From Octopus sinensis (taxonomy: Eukaryota), in assembly GCF_006345805.1 (NCBI RefSeq), contig NC_043001.1, forward strand, positions 37,758,001-37,822,000: a stretch of DNA of 64,000 nt, read 5' to 3'. Position 1 is the first letter of the stretch, and the number at the start of each line of letters is the position of its first letter. This document shows positions 1-13,000 of the stretch, piece after piece. The position numbers and the translations under genes are program-made. The notes below the pieces were generated by a model. It was not told where the DNA came from, searched no databases, and saw only the letters and a program-made list of their open reading frames with translations.

Positions 1-777
1 GTCTCTCATGTTCATATTTCTCTTTCGGTGTATCCTCTCTTTAATTTAGCTTCTTTTCTTTCTTTATCTTACCCTCATTTCTCTGGGGTTTTTTTCTTTC
101 TCTTTCTCTAACATACGTCTCTTTTCGGCCATTCTATCTCTCTCTTTCTCTCTCCACTTTATTCTTCTATTAACTCGTTATCACTTTTTATCATCATTTC
201 CCTTGCCCTCTTTCATCACTCCCTCTCTGTCAGTATTTCTATCTTTCTTTCTCTTCCCAATTACTTCCTCCCCTTTGTTTCTCCTGCCTTCTTATTTCCA
301 TTCGCTCATTACTTACGTTATCATTCTTTCGCTGGCAGTTATTTCATTTCATTTTTTAAAATCTAATGTTTCGCTGCATCTCTTATTTCTACTTTCAATA
401 TTGGGTCTCTCAGTTTTGTTTTTCAGTTTTCGTGTCCCATTTAGTTGGGGTTTTTTCTTCCTCTTTTATTGACTTGTGCTGTTTTCTTCTTTCACTCTCA
501 TTTCTGTTTCTTTTATTCTTTCTTTCTCGTCTCATTTTCACTTCTCACTTCACTGAATTTTCTCCCTCCTACATTTCGGAGACCTAAGCTTCAATGATTC
601 CTGTTTAACTATTATGATCCAATCCTCAAAATTCTCATTCAGCTGTTTTCTTTCTTAAAGACCATTTACTTATCTGTCAATGTTTCTTTTCATCTGATCC
701 ATTTCAATCAAGCGACTCTGTATCTTGTCTTTTCTTACACTGCTTCTTCCTTTACCATCATCATCATATCACCACGA

Positions 778-840
<63 letters not shown>

Positions 841-864
841 ATCTATCTAATCTATCTATCTATC
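778..864. repeat. (TCTA)n microsatellite at the end of a CT-rich low-complexity tract
   Basis: About 20 near-perfect TCTA units read directly. Confidence 0.95.
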
Positions 865-1944
865 TTGTGTGTGCCTGTGTTATTGTCATTATAATTTCTT
901 CCTTGATTTATTGTTTCTTTTTCTTTCATTCCTTAGATCCATTCTCCTTTTTCTATTATAATTAGTTATAATTAGTATCTCATTATGTATATACTTGATT
1001 GTGTGTGTATGCGTATGTGCGTGTTTACGTTTTTCGATTTTAGTTCTTTTTTCCTTTCCGTAATGGTATTCATTTCATTTATTTATTTATTATTATTTTT
1101 TTTCATTTCCTTTCCTAATATACCACTTATATCCAGTTGCATTCATTCAACAAGTCAAATTGAAGAGAAGCTTCTCGCAGGACTCAACCTTGATCAAAGT
1201 CCGTATTGTTTCAATTCGCTGTTAATTCCTCTTTGCCTTGAAGGTTAATATGAAGTTCTTGCTTCCTACATCGAATGGAACTTGATTTCCTGGCCTCAAC
1301 TTTCATGAGCTTTCAATTCTTCGGAGATGGTAAATAATAATCCTAGTTTTTTTGTAGAACTGTGATTAAGCCATGTAAATCAAACATGAATAATGACAAC
1401 GCCCACCACATCCATCGAAACAGAAAGGAATGGATAGATGGATGGATGGAATGAATGGCAAAAAGAAAGAGATAAGTTGACAGAACCGTGAAAGAACATT
1501 ACGGCGTAGCGGAGTGACAAATGTAGTGAGTCCTTCCTTGTGTGAGTGGCCTCCTTAACCCTCTCATGAAGGTAACCCTATCAGAAATAGATGAAGAAGA
1601 CACATGGACAGGCGTAGAAACAATGAAACAAACGGATAGATAGACAATCATAGGAACGCGAGAGATGTAAAGTAAAAAGTGAGAGAAAGAATGACTGCAT
1701 CAGTGAATGCTTATATATAAATATTAATGTGGGAATTTGGGTTGACAAAATCGATAGCGCATCAGACAAAATAACATGTGGCATTTAGTTGCGACCGTTT
1801 ATTATGTTCTGAGTTCAAATTACACCAAGGTCAACTTTTATGTTCATTCCTCTTGGAAGTAAATGATAAAATATGTTTTTGTCAAGTACTGAGGTCAATT
1901 TATATTTCAATAATGCATACCATATTCTTTATCTCTTACTCTTT

Positions 1945-2255
1945 TCAGTCATTGGACTGCGGCCATGCTGGGACACCACCTTAAAGGGTTTAGTCGAACG
2001 AGTCGACCCCAGTACTTTTTTTTAAATTTGATACTCATGCTATCATCTCTTTTGTCGAACCGCTAAATTAGAGACGTAAACAAACCAGCACCGGGTGTCG
2101 AGCACACACACACACACATAAATACACACAAACACACGATGGGCTCCCACACGGTTTCTGTCTACCACATTCAATGATGAGGCGTTGGTCGACCTGGGAC
2201 TATAGAAGAAAACACTTGCTCAATGTACTGTGCAGTAGAACAGAACCAGAAATCT
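1945..2255 (-). mobile_element. tRNA-derived SINE, degraded
   Basis: Same body as the copy at 61875-62255 (cagtcattggactgcggccatgctgg...gtcgaccccagtact...gtctacca); tRNA-like head lies on the minus strand. Confidence 0.6.
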
Positions 2256-2619
2256 GGAAAGAAAGGGAAATATAGAGATGAAAATGAATTCTGGCTGCAA
2301 AATTTAAACTCAGAACTGAGGGAATGGAACTGGCCACCAAAGAACATTTTGTCATTCCATCACTGATACTAAGTTCTGATATTCCTTAGAAAGTATCTTG
2401 CTCAGGTTTGAAAGGAACTTTTTAAGTTCAGATTTAGGTGAATCTTCCTCACAGGGCAGTGGAGACAACAAGGTAAAGTTGACAAACTGGATGCTTTACT
2501 GTTCTGAGATCAACTTAGCTGAACCATCTTTACTTGTCTTCTCTTTCTAGTGTGAATAAAATATATATGTTCAATATACTTAGACTTTTTTCATTACAGA
2601 AAAGAATATTGACTTTTTT

Positions 2620-2970
2620 CTTTTTTAATGATTTGGTTAGAAGGAAAGGACTACATTCATGATCTTTTCAGACCTTCCAAGATTGGTGAGCTTGATAAGG
2701 TTGATGCTCTTTTTGAATGATTGTAATTTAATGAGAGCAGGAGAAACATGGGTGAAGAGGGTATTCTAGAAGGATAACTCTCTTGGAAAAAAGGATTGGG
2801 AAAGTATTAGAGTAGAGTCTGGAGTGGGAAGATAGGCACATAATATGGGTAATGAGGAGAGGAAGGATGAATTGGATTAAGTGAAGCTTCTCGGAGGACC
2901 AAAGGTCATAATAATACCAGTATGAAAGATAAAGTGAAGAGACAGTGTGTCTAAGTCAGAAGTTGAAATA
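2620..2970 (-). mobile_element. CR1/Jockey-like LINE 3' end remnant
   Basis: Minus-strand translation ...LQSFKKSINLIKLT resembles a LINE ORF2 C-terminus; similar in character to 39110-40020. Confidence 0.45.
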
Positions 2971-2973
2971 TTC

Positions 2974-3203
2974 TTAACCCTTTAGTGTTCACATTATTCT
3001 GCCAAAATTAATCCGTTTTTATCCACATTGTTTTGAACTAATCATGCATTATCTTGTAGCTATGAGATTTTGATGAGGTAACTGTGAATGTTTTAGAATG
3101 ACATTGTAGGGTTGGTGTGAGAGACCAGATCTAGCCAGTTTGAACATAAAACAGGCAGAATACTTTTGGCCGGATATGGCTGGTTTAAATGTTAAAGGGT
3201 TAA
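2974..3203. mobile_element. piggyBac-like MITE
   Basis: TTAA|CCCTTTA...TAAAGGG|TTAA: TTAA target sites with CCC/GGG termini, 230 bp, no coding capacity. Confidence 0.7.
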
Positions 3204-4759
3204 TGAAAAAATACAATATTAATCATGTTGATAACTTGGCTCTCATAGCAATATCCATCAAAGTGCTCAAAGTACAGATCCAAACTAGGAAGTATAAATA
3301 ATTTCAGAACCTAAATCTCAATATGTTAAAGACCAATTATATCAGAAATCACAAAATGTCAAGTGTCATCTGAGCAGTGGCCCTGCTTTATATACAATAG
3401 GACAATAAAATTTAAATATTGTGTCCTTAATAAGAAACAATGTATGCACAAAATATGCAAGAGATTCCCTGGGTGATGCATAGAATACTCCCTGAAAAAC
3501 AAAGTCTTTGATTTGCCCAGATGGTTCACTAAAAGCTGTAGGCAGTTTTCATTATTTGGATGACCAAATTCATGCCAGAAGTAGTTATAGAGATAAGTAT
3601 ATAAATTTAGTCTAATACTCTAGAGTGAAAAACAGTTTCTCCCTACACACAAAAAGTAGGTAGTGTTAACCACTTTTTCTGTATTCATATATATGTGTTT
3701 GTTCATTTATGCATTTGTTTTTCTATGCTAGCATGGGTCAGATGAATATATTTTTTAGTTATTGTTTTACAGATGGATGCCCTTCCTGTCACTAATCCAT
3801 AACAGATTTTCGAATAACAAATTTCTTATTTGACACCTCTTTGAAATTACAGAACCAGTGACTAATCTGTTCACAAGCAAGACAAAATGACATTACACAC
3901 AACTTTTAGCTAAATAATATTCAGAGAAGTGTAAATGCAGGGAAACACACAGACACAGTTACACACACATGTGTGCGCGTGCACACACAAATGTGTGTGT
4001 GCATGCATGCACACATTGATTAAAACGAAAAGGAACTAAGAGAAACTATGGAGTCAGTGACATGAATTTGGATTACAAAGTCAACAGTGAGGTGTATAAT
4101 ATGCTGAACATAATATATTCTTAATCTATTGCAATCATGTAAAAGAAATGTAATGCTTCACAGTATGGTTGTAAGACATATTTGTTCAACACAGAAGACC
4201 TACAGAAATTAGAGACTAAATGTCTTGGGTGATCATTTGTGATTGTCTTGTTAATTTGCATAATTGCGTAGTAATACTGCATTAAATATATTTGACAATA
4301 TTTACTGAAGAGATGACTACACTGGTATGAAGGGAATGTGATTGAATAATGATTATTGGGTGAGAAATGTATTCCTCTTAGTAACAAATAAAGATTAATA
4401 AAGACATTTAAATAAGTATTGATGCCATACCTCAAGTTGTTGCTCCAGTTCACTCAGCTATAGAAATGAGTTGTGATGTCATTGGTGCCAAGTTGGCCTC
4501 TGCCTTTCCTTTGGACAATATTGGTGGCATGAAGAGGGGAGACTGGTATGCATAGGCAACTACTGGTCTTCCACAAAAAGAACCTTGCCCAGATTTGTGC
4601 CTTGGAAGTGAATTTGCTAGGTGCAGTCTGATGGTCATTCATGACTGAAGGGGATCTTTTACCCTTTAATGTGTGTGTGTATGTGTTTGTACAATGTTCA
4701 GCTGAAAAGTTCTTAGGCTGACCAAGATAATCTCATGCAATGTAACCAAATGAGGTTTA

Positions 4760-5380
4760 TTTTTCAACATAGTTCCACGTTCTGTCCACACACTTCTGCC
4801 ATCGGTGTTGTAGTGCTTGTATTCCATTGGTAAAAAAGCTTTCCTCCTGTTGGTCAAAAAAGTCATAAACAGCAGATATGACATCACAAATACTGTGATA
4901 CTGGTTCCCAGTCAAGTGTTTTATATGTTGGGGAACAGATCATAGTCAGATGGGGTCACATCAGGAGTATAGAGAAGGTGATCAACCAATTCAAAGCCAG
5001 TCTTGAACTGCAGCCATTGAAATCAAGGACTTGTGAGCTGGAGCATTGTCCTGATGAAACAAAATCCATTTCCTTAGTTTTCTTGGACATTTGGTTTTGT
5101 TAGCTTTACATAACTGCATCAGCAGGTTGATATAGTACTCCCCATTGGAGGAGTGACCCATTTAAAGATAGTCAGTATGCACAACAATGCCTTTTGCATT
5201 CCAAAAAATCTGATGCTATCACCTTCCTTGCAGATGAAATGACCTTGGTCTTTTTTGCAATAGTGAAGTGGAGTATTTCCATTGCATGGATAGTTTCTTT
5301 GTGTCTGATTCAAAGTGATTTCCTGGGTTAGGAAACATTCAAGGAAACCAAATGGATCTACCTCAAACAATGAATGTGCA
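4760..5380 (-). mobile_element. mariner transposase remnant (C-terminal half)
   Basis: Minus-strand HQDNAPAHKS, YTPDVTPSDYDLFP and RWQKCVD motifs, broken by stops and frameshifts. Confidence 0.85.
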
Positions 5381-5589
5381 ACTCACCAGAGAGGGGAAGG
5401 AGCCCACATCACCTTGCCTATGTCAACCAGGGCCCTCTGATAGGATCCTTTGTTTTGTTGAGTGAAGTGTGGAGGATAATTCTCATTACAAGGCCTCTAA
5501 CATAGCAGAACAAATTGATATCAGTCCCAGAACAGCTCTCAGGTATCTCCACAAACTTGATTACTATGGTAGAGCAGCAAGAAGGAGGC

Positions 5590-6260
5590 CACTTCTTCAA
5601 CCAGCCAATATCAAATGGAGAAAAGATTAGGCTAGTGAGATGATGGAGTGGCTGCTTGCATTTTGGAACACTATCATATTCTCTGATGAGTTCAGATTTA
5701 CTGTATTTTCTGACAGTGGTCAAGTGTGGGTCTCGAGGCTCTGTGATCAAGAATTTGATATAGAAAGATTGCTGCCAACAATGAAACAAGGCAGTTATTC
5801 TGTGATGGTCTGGGGAGCAATTTAGAGAAATGGTCAATCAGAGCTGGTAGAGTGTGATGGAAGCATAAACTCAGATAAATATGTGTCCATATTGCAGAAA
5901 GGACTCCTTCCAATCTTCTCCAATGGTGAAATGATTAAAGAAGATTATTTATTTATGAAAGATGAGGCTCCTTGTCACATGGCTAAAAAGACCCAAGATT
6001 AGTTGGAAGAGAATAGCATTAAAAAGCTTCCATAGCCAAGCCAGTCAACAGATATGAAATCTATTGAACACTTCTGGGGCATAATGGACAGAACACTTTC
6101 TAAAAAGAACAAGAAAGCATCCACAAAGCCAGATCTTTTGAGAGTACTGCATGAAATTTGGTAAGAAATTCCCCAAGAGAATATTCATCATCTGATCAGT
6201 AGCATGCCTTATAGGATCATTGCTTTGAAAAATGTAAAGGGCATGTCTACTAAATATTAG
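5590..6260 (+). mobile_element. Tc1-family DD34E transposase pseudogene
   Basis: [17 protein letters not shown], then D(EAPCH)-34 aa-E (PSQSTDMKSIEHFW); several in-frame stops. Confidence 0.9.
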
Positions 6261-6891
6261 GTATTCACATTATAATAATTCATAAATAATTTGAATGTAT
6301 AATTTCAGATTTAAATAAATTTTTAATGGTTAAAAGGGTGTATATTTACTTCTGTTATGTCTGTGTACATACATATATATGTACACACAAACACATATTT
6401 ATTTAATTATTTACTTATCTATATATCTATATAATTTTTTCAAGCAAAAGTTTGACAGTGAATTTGAAGTCAGTTTACCTATTGTCATCAGACTGATTAC
6501 TTCGTTTTTTTTACAAACCTTATCTATAGTGTTTTAGGTGGTGCATCCATTTGGAGGGTGGAACAATGTATATGAAAATTAGGTGTGGTGTACATGAGTT
6601 TGTATGGAGAAAGAAGAGCTGGTTTTATAAGAAAGAAGGATGGATAATAAAGGGTTTGGGTGGAGATAAAGGAATAGTAGAGACAATTTTCTGATTTGAG
6701 AAAAGAAGTTTCTTAAAAATTATACATTAACATCAAAAGCAGAATTAACACAGGGGTAATATTTATCCCTATTTAAACATGGAACAAACTCTACTGTAGT
6801 AGTTACCATGAGAGAAACTATCATATTGACTTTACGGTGTAGAATGTGCTCTTGTTTATATTGCTAGCAAGGAGATAAACCCCTGCTGAGA

Positions 6892-6938
6892 CCACCAGAT
6901 CATGTAATTTCGACCTTGTTTGGTCTTGTCAATGATGG
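6892..6938 (-). ncRNA. type I hammerhead ribozyme fold, U3:A8 core variant (left arm)
   Basis: Minus strand: CCAUCA-UUGACAA-GACC aaacaa GGUC-GAAA-UUA ca UGAU-C-UGGUGG; stems I, II and III all pair. Confidence 0.65.
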
Positions 6939-7042
6939 ACACTCAACTGCTCTAATTGTGACACCAGTGCCTGTTCTGGCACTGTCAATCTATATATCAC
7001 TGGCAGGAATGTGAATCATTGCTGCCTCGAGGAGTTGAGTGT

Positions 7043-7089
7043 CCATTATTGACAAGACCAAATAAGGTTGAAATCACATGATCTGATGG
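7043..7089 (+). ncRNA. type I hammerhead ribozyme fold, U3:A8 core variant (right arm)
   Basis: CCAUUA-UUGACAA-GACC aaauaa GGUU-GAAA-UCA ca UGAU-C-UGAUGG; predicted cleavage after AUC at 7083. Confidence 0.65.
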
Positions 7090-7854
7090 TCTTGGCATTG
7101 GAGGTAGTGGGTATTTATTTCCCTGCAAGTGATATAAACGACAGTGTATTCTGCACCAAAAGCCAATATGAGAGTTTCTTTCATGGTAACTACCACAGTA
7201 TGGCTTGTTCTAATAGAACATCCATGTTTAACCAGGGATAAAGAAGTTTGTGTTCTTTGTAGCTACTGCTAGTTTGCTAAATGTGAGGGATTGTCATTCA
7301 TTTACATATTGTTTAGGTTCAGTTTGGTATATATGTAAAGCTAGGTGTTTGATACTAGATTTGTATAGGGGTTCATGTGGCAAATAAGTAACATTAGAAT
7401 GCTATTTGTGGTTGAAAGTTCTCTTACATCTAATCAGGATTTTTTTAATATGTAGATTTGTTAGAGTTTGAGGCTGGTATTTTGAGGTTAATACTGAAAA
7501 ATGTTTATTGATATGACAGGTTTAATTTGTATCAGAGTATAGATCAGAGATAAGTTAAAGATAGTGGTTCTTAAAAGCAAGTCACTAAGAAATCTTTAAC
7601 TGGGCTTGTAAAATTAGATAGGTTAATATTACTATAAACTAACAATTGGAGTATGCCTATCAACTTTTAACAACTGTATAACTATACACATACATAAATA
7701 TGCAACTGCAAAAAAATACATGCACATACACATAAATACATGTATGTATATGTATATGTGTGTGTATGTGTGTGTGTGTACATGTGTGTGTGTATGCATG
7801 TATACTTATATATATATATATATATATGTATGTATGCATATATATATGCATATA

Positions 7855-8112
7855 TTTCCGTGCCGGTGGCACGTAAAATGCACCAATCCGATCGTGGCCG
7901 TTGCCAGCCTTGCCTGGCACCTGTGCAGGTGGCATGTAAAAAGCACCCACTACACTCACGGAGTGGTTGGCGTTAGGAAGGGCATCCAGCTGTAGAAACA
8001 CTGCCAGATCAAACTGGAGCCTGGTGCAGCCTTCTGGCTTCCCAGATCCCCGGTCGAACCGTCCAACCCATGCTAGCATGGAGAACAGACGTTAAACGAT
8101 GATGATGATGAT
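7855..8112 (+). mobile_element. RTE LINE 3'UTR copy (5'-truncated) with (GAT)n tail
   Basis: Matches the sequence that follows the RTE RT at 54290-54945 (gtggcacgtaaa...gcccttcctaa rc...ggacgttaaacgatgatgat). Confidence 0.75.
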
Positions 8113-9423
8113 CATCATCATCATTATCATTGTTTAACGTCCGTTTTCCATGTTTTTCTCTTATAAATATGCACATACAGGAGGAGTAAATTACATATAT
8201 AAAAATACTTTGAATGTGGTTCCCAAGAAACAGTAAAAGTAATTACCCAATGATGAATATTACTGCTAGTATATGTATGTATAAATTAGGGTACCAAAAT
8301 ACCAGCTTTGCTAGAAATAGGAGTCAACACCCTCCTCCAAAGCCACAAATTTCTCACTATAAAAAATACGCACGATTAATGCTGTGAATATAATAAAAAT
8401 AGCCCTTATCTTTGTAAAAACTACAAAGTAAAGGATAGATATCTTGGTAACAATTGATTTCACTTTTTGTGCAAAACCACTGAGGATCATCAGCCAAGCT
8501 TACTGTATAAAACTATTTTTCAAAATATATTCACTACACTGTGCACATAGTAAGAATTCCAACCTCTACCTCCATGAAGAAAAACCTGAGGTATCCCCTG
8601 TATTCCACCATTAAAAAAAATTAAACCTTAGTAACAAACCCGAAAGGCACTCCCCCTACCCTGAGATTCTGGATCCCAGATCTGCTGCTGCTTATTGACA
8701 TCCATGCCGGTGTGCACTTCCCTACCTCAAGCCATACATGGGTAGCCCCCAAGAACAGAACAAATAGACCAAGACATATGATGTTAACTGATTTCACCCC
8801 TACCCCTTTGCCCTTAATATTCAGACCAGACTACATAAGACTTTCTTTGCACTACTTGAAAAGCACTTTACTAGGTTCAGTACCCTTAGGAAAATCTTCA
8901 ACCCTCGACCTATTAAATTTTCATACTCCACATTGCCAGTATAATTTGGTGACTTGTCAATAAGAAGCTACATAACCAGAAATTAGTTAACTATAATCAA
9001 GCTAATACAACACATTCTAACCTCACCCCTGCCCATAGCCTAAGGACATCCTTAAAACCTTCTTACTAACACTGACTCTCATCCCACTAGCCTCAATCCT
9101 AATACTCCATTGCCCTTAACCAACCTAGTGATTAGACTATACCAACTACCAAAGTAGGGAATAATATTACCAGAAACAAGAACTACTATAAGCTACGTTC
9201 TGTTCTTCTGGCTTCATCACTCATTTCAAATCGCATCTTCAGTGAATTAGCTTGGGATTCCCAAATGACGATGTAACCTTCATATCATTAAGGTATCTTC
9301 ATCCTGATGAGTAATTAGCTGAGCACCTCTTGTTGAGTAATTTAGAGGACCTGCTCTCTAGGAAATATATATAACCTGGATTTTACCTGGTCTACTCCCT
9401 CAATTTGGATATATATATATATG

Positions 9424-9652
9424 GGGCGAATTGGCAGAATCGTTAGCGCACCGGGCGAAATGCTTAGCGGTATTTCGTCTGCCGCTACTTTCTGAGTTCA
9501 AATTCCACCAAGGTCGACTTTGCCTTTCATCCTTTCGGGGTCGATAAATTAAGTACCAGTTACGCACTGGGGTCGATGTAATAGACTTAATCCATTTGTC
9601 AGTCCTTGTTTGTCCCCTCTATGTTTAGCCCCTTGTGGGTAGTAAAGAAATA
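9424..9652 (+). mobile_element. SINE (ggcgaattggcagaatcgttag family); further copies near 12300, 13740, 29770, 29960, 32400, 40580, 40790, 42120
   Basis: Box A/B-like head (TGGCAGAATCG, GAGTTCAAATTCC); body near-identical to the TSD-flanked copy at 53106-53327. Confidence 0.85.
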
Positions 9653-9714
9653 TATATATATATTTGGGGGGGGGGCTGAAAATTTAATAGGAGGGGAATA
9701 TAGAGACTTGAAGA

Positions 9715-9850
9715 TGACACCACCATGGAAAACATTGATAGTGTTTCCCACATGGTAATGGATGACAGACAATTGACTATAAATCAAATAGCCAATGCTG
9801 TTAGCATATTCCTTGAGAGGGCTGAGAATATTCTGCAGAATGAACAAAAT
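9715..9850 (+). mobile_element. mariner transposase HTH fragment
   Basis: ENIDSVSHMVMDDRQLTINQIANAVSI...ENILQNE matches the mariner DNA-binding region. Confidence 0.6.
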
Positions 9851-11337
9851 AAAAAGACCCTTCAATGGAGTAGGGGTGTGGTAGAGAGGGATATTTTTTA
9901 TGCCAGATGTAAGCAAAACTTCTCTCAACTTCAAACTGCGATGTTGTTTTTGTTATCTACATTCCCATGATGGAGCTTTGCATATTTGTTAGAAACCAGC
10001 TCTTTCCTTACAGAAAACTTCAAATAATTAAAAATAAAGAGAAAACACACACACACACACATGGTTTAAGGGGCATGGTTAGACTCCCTTCCAAAGTTCA
10101 ATAATACTAGTTTCACATAATATTGGTATAATTTCTCAGAAAATACTCTTAATGGATTTTTTTGTATAGGAACTTGTATTTTCTTATTTATTTTATTTAA
10201 TTTCAAAGTAACTCAAGTAATGAGGGAAAACAAGAAAATAACTTATATTTTGATATGATGTTTGTATGTGTTTTGCACAAATTGTTTAATGTGCTAGAAA
10301 TACCTCAATCTACTTTTGTTGGGCACCATAGAAGTAGTGAATTTGTTAAAGGATAGATTAGATTATATCAGATTTTATTTGCCACTGACTTCATTAAATC
10401 CAAGGAGGATCTGAACTCAGTACTGCTGATAGCAATAGACTGTACCTTTCTTTGGTACCTGGATTTTTTTCAAAAAGATTTGGCAATAAACAAGCATTTT
10501 TGTCTAGTTTCTGAAAAGTCATAATTCAAAACTAAAGTGATAGGGAGAAAAATTAATTTGAATTAGTTCAGTCTAACACCATCATCATCAGCACAAACCA
10601 TTATTATTAAGATTGCCTTTCACCATTATCCTCAACCAATAAAATTCTAAACAAGTCCATACTGAAAACAAGAAGGAAAAAAAGAACATTTCTGATAGTT
10701 TCTTGAATAACCATAATTTTCTTGGCTTATATTTCAAAAGAACCAAAGAGTTTGAGTTGAAAACAAAGTATGGAAAATATAGCTAAATGGTTTTAATTTT
10801 GCCACTACATTGCATGAGTATCCAAAAACGCTTGTTTCAAAACTAAACAAAACTTCTTAAATGTATATTTTTAACTGAAAACTTTTTTCCTTCCCATCTA
10901 CATGCAACCTTGATAACTTATGAAAAATATCTCAAAGAGCAGATAAAAATGATATGGAATTTTTTTTTTTAGTCTTATAAAAAAAAAACAGAATTGCGAA
11001 GTTGTGGATTGTTAAGGGAAGTAACTCCAATGAACATTCATACATTTTAAGCCAACTTTTATTGATTTATTTTTCTTTTGTTAAATCATTTTGAAAAATC
11101 CTTGAAAATATTCTATTTTGAATAGCTAAGATAATATTCAATTTCAGAGAGGTGAATATATAATGCTTGAAACTTTAAAAAGGCAGAATAAGATAAATTA
11201 TTCTAGTATACAAGAAGAATACTATTTGACTATTGTTTCTACATTGACAAAATGGTGAGGTGCTGGTGGAGCAACACCTCTGGATACGTTTCATTTTATG
11301 TAGAACTATTCAGCAGAATGTTTGCCAATGAACAAAT

Positions 11338-11765
11338 CATCATCGTTTAACGTACGCTTTCCATGCTAGCATGGGTTAGACGGTTCGACTGGGGTCTGGG
11401 AAGCCAGGAGGCTGCACCAGGCCCAGTCTGATCTGGCACTGTTTCTACAGCTGGATGCCCTTCCTAATGCCAACCACTCCCTGAGTGTAATGGGTGCTTT
11501 TTACGTGCCACCGGCACAGGTGCCGGGCGAAGCTTGCAACGTCCACGATCGGTTGGTGCTTTTTATGTGCCACCGGCACGGAGGCCAGTCGGGGCAGCGC
11601 TGGCAACGGCCACGTTCGGATGGTTCTTTTATGTGCCACCGGCACTGGTATCACAACTACAATTTCCATTGATTTTTGATCGATTTCGATTTCATTTGCC
11701 TCAACAGGTCTTTGCAAGCAGAGTTTTGTGTCCCAAGAAGGAAAGGTATGCATAAGTGGGCTGGC
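11338..11765 (-). mobile_element. RTE LINE 3'UTR copy
   Basis: Reverse complement of the 54400-54945 type sequence, including internal gtgccaccggcac subrepeats and catcat tail. Confidence 0.75.
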
Positions 11766-12494
11766 TTTCTTGATTCAAAAATTAAGCCAGTTTGAGACAC
11801 CACCCACCACCACTGTCATCATCATCATTTTAACATCCATATTTTAATGCATGAACATGTGAGGTGAACTTCCCTGAGAAAGATTTTCTACAGCAGGATG
11901 TCCTTCTTGTCATCAGCCTTCACCTGTTTCCAAATAAGTTAATATTTCTTCCATTGTTGGATATGTTTCAATGGAAGACTGGAAATGAGGGACACTGACT
12001 TATATGAGAGTAATGCTCATTAACAACCATCATGCAATGTCAAGACAAAGATATATACATACACATACATACTCACTTATTATAGTTAACAGTTAAATAA
12101 GTGAAAGTATAATTAACATTTAAGATACTATAAAGACTAAAAGTAAACATCCAGAGAAAATCCCAATAATTAGTTGTTGAGACAGATTTTAAGCTTAAAA
12201 GCCACACTCCATGCTGACTTTTAAGCTAGTTCCTGTTGAGGGCTAATTGAGCCTTCAGTCCCAAACAGAAGACAGCAATAATAATCTCTAATCTAGGCAC
12301 AAGGCCTGAAATTTTGGGGGAGGGGGCCAGTCGATTAGATTGATCCCAGGATGCAACTGATACTTAATTTATCGACCCCGAAAGGATGAAAGGCAAAGTT
12401 GATCTCAGCAGAATTTGAACTCAGAACGTAAAGACAGATGAAATACTGCTAAGCATTACACCCGGCGTGCTAATGTTTCTGCCAGCTCACTGCC

Positions 12495-12722
12495 TTAGCC
12501 CTTTCATTACCAACCTGGCTGAAACTGGCTCTGGCTCTGAGTACAAATGTCTTGTTTTCATAAGTTTTGAATTAAAATCTTCCACCAAACCTTAGTCACA
12601 ATTTATGTTCCTAACACTAGCTTAATGATAACCAAGTAATTTTACTAAATTCTTTGCTATATTTAAAGTAATTGAAAGAAACACAGAGCATCCCAAAATA
12701 AATACAGTAACGAAAGGGTTAA
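12495..12722. mobile_element. piggyBac-like MITE
   Basis: ttagccctttcattac ... gtaacgaaagggttaa: 16-bp TIR including TTAA site, 2 mismatches. Confidence 0.7.
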
Positions 12723-12819
12723 GAGAGCAATAATAATGAAACATTTATTGCTATCATCTCAAATTTATATCACAGAGTATCATATTTGGAGAATTTTGTA
12801 TCATTGTGATATTTGGAGA

Positions 12820-13000
12820 TCACTGTAAAGCAGTAAGATGAACAAAATTCTTGGTTTTACCATTTGGTGTTAACACGAAGAGATTGTTGCCATTTCCAAC
12901 TCTTGAACAACCAACATAGAGCTGACCATTGTAAAAGTACTGCTGCAAGAGGTGAAGTCCAACGATTTAGAGTGATTGTCCTTGACACTTGTTAATTGTA
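12820..13000 (-). mobile_element. Helitron/Pif1-type helicase C-terminal remnant
   Basis: TINKCQGQSL*IVGLHL...GQLYVGCSRVG then (frameshift) NLFVLTPNGKTKNFVHLTALQ*: helicase motifs V-VI. Confidence 0.8.

Larger units (their letters stand above)
6762..7242. repeat. ~480-bp foldback (arms ~190 bp), Penelope-like inverted terminal repeat type, carrying hammerhead folds
   Basis: Arm segments match as reverse complements, e.g. 6889-6950 vs 7032-7092, tactgtagtagttaccatgagagaaact vs agtttctttcatggtaactaccacagta, tttatccc vs gggataaa. Confidence 0.85.

Noticed and set aside
9304-9330. CTGATGAG hammerhead start
   Set aside because: No stem II or GAAA follows
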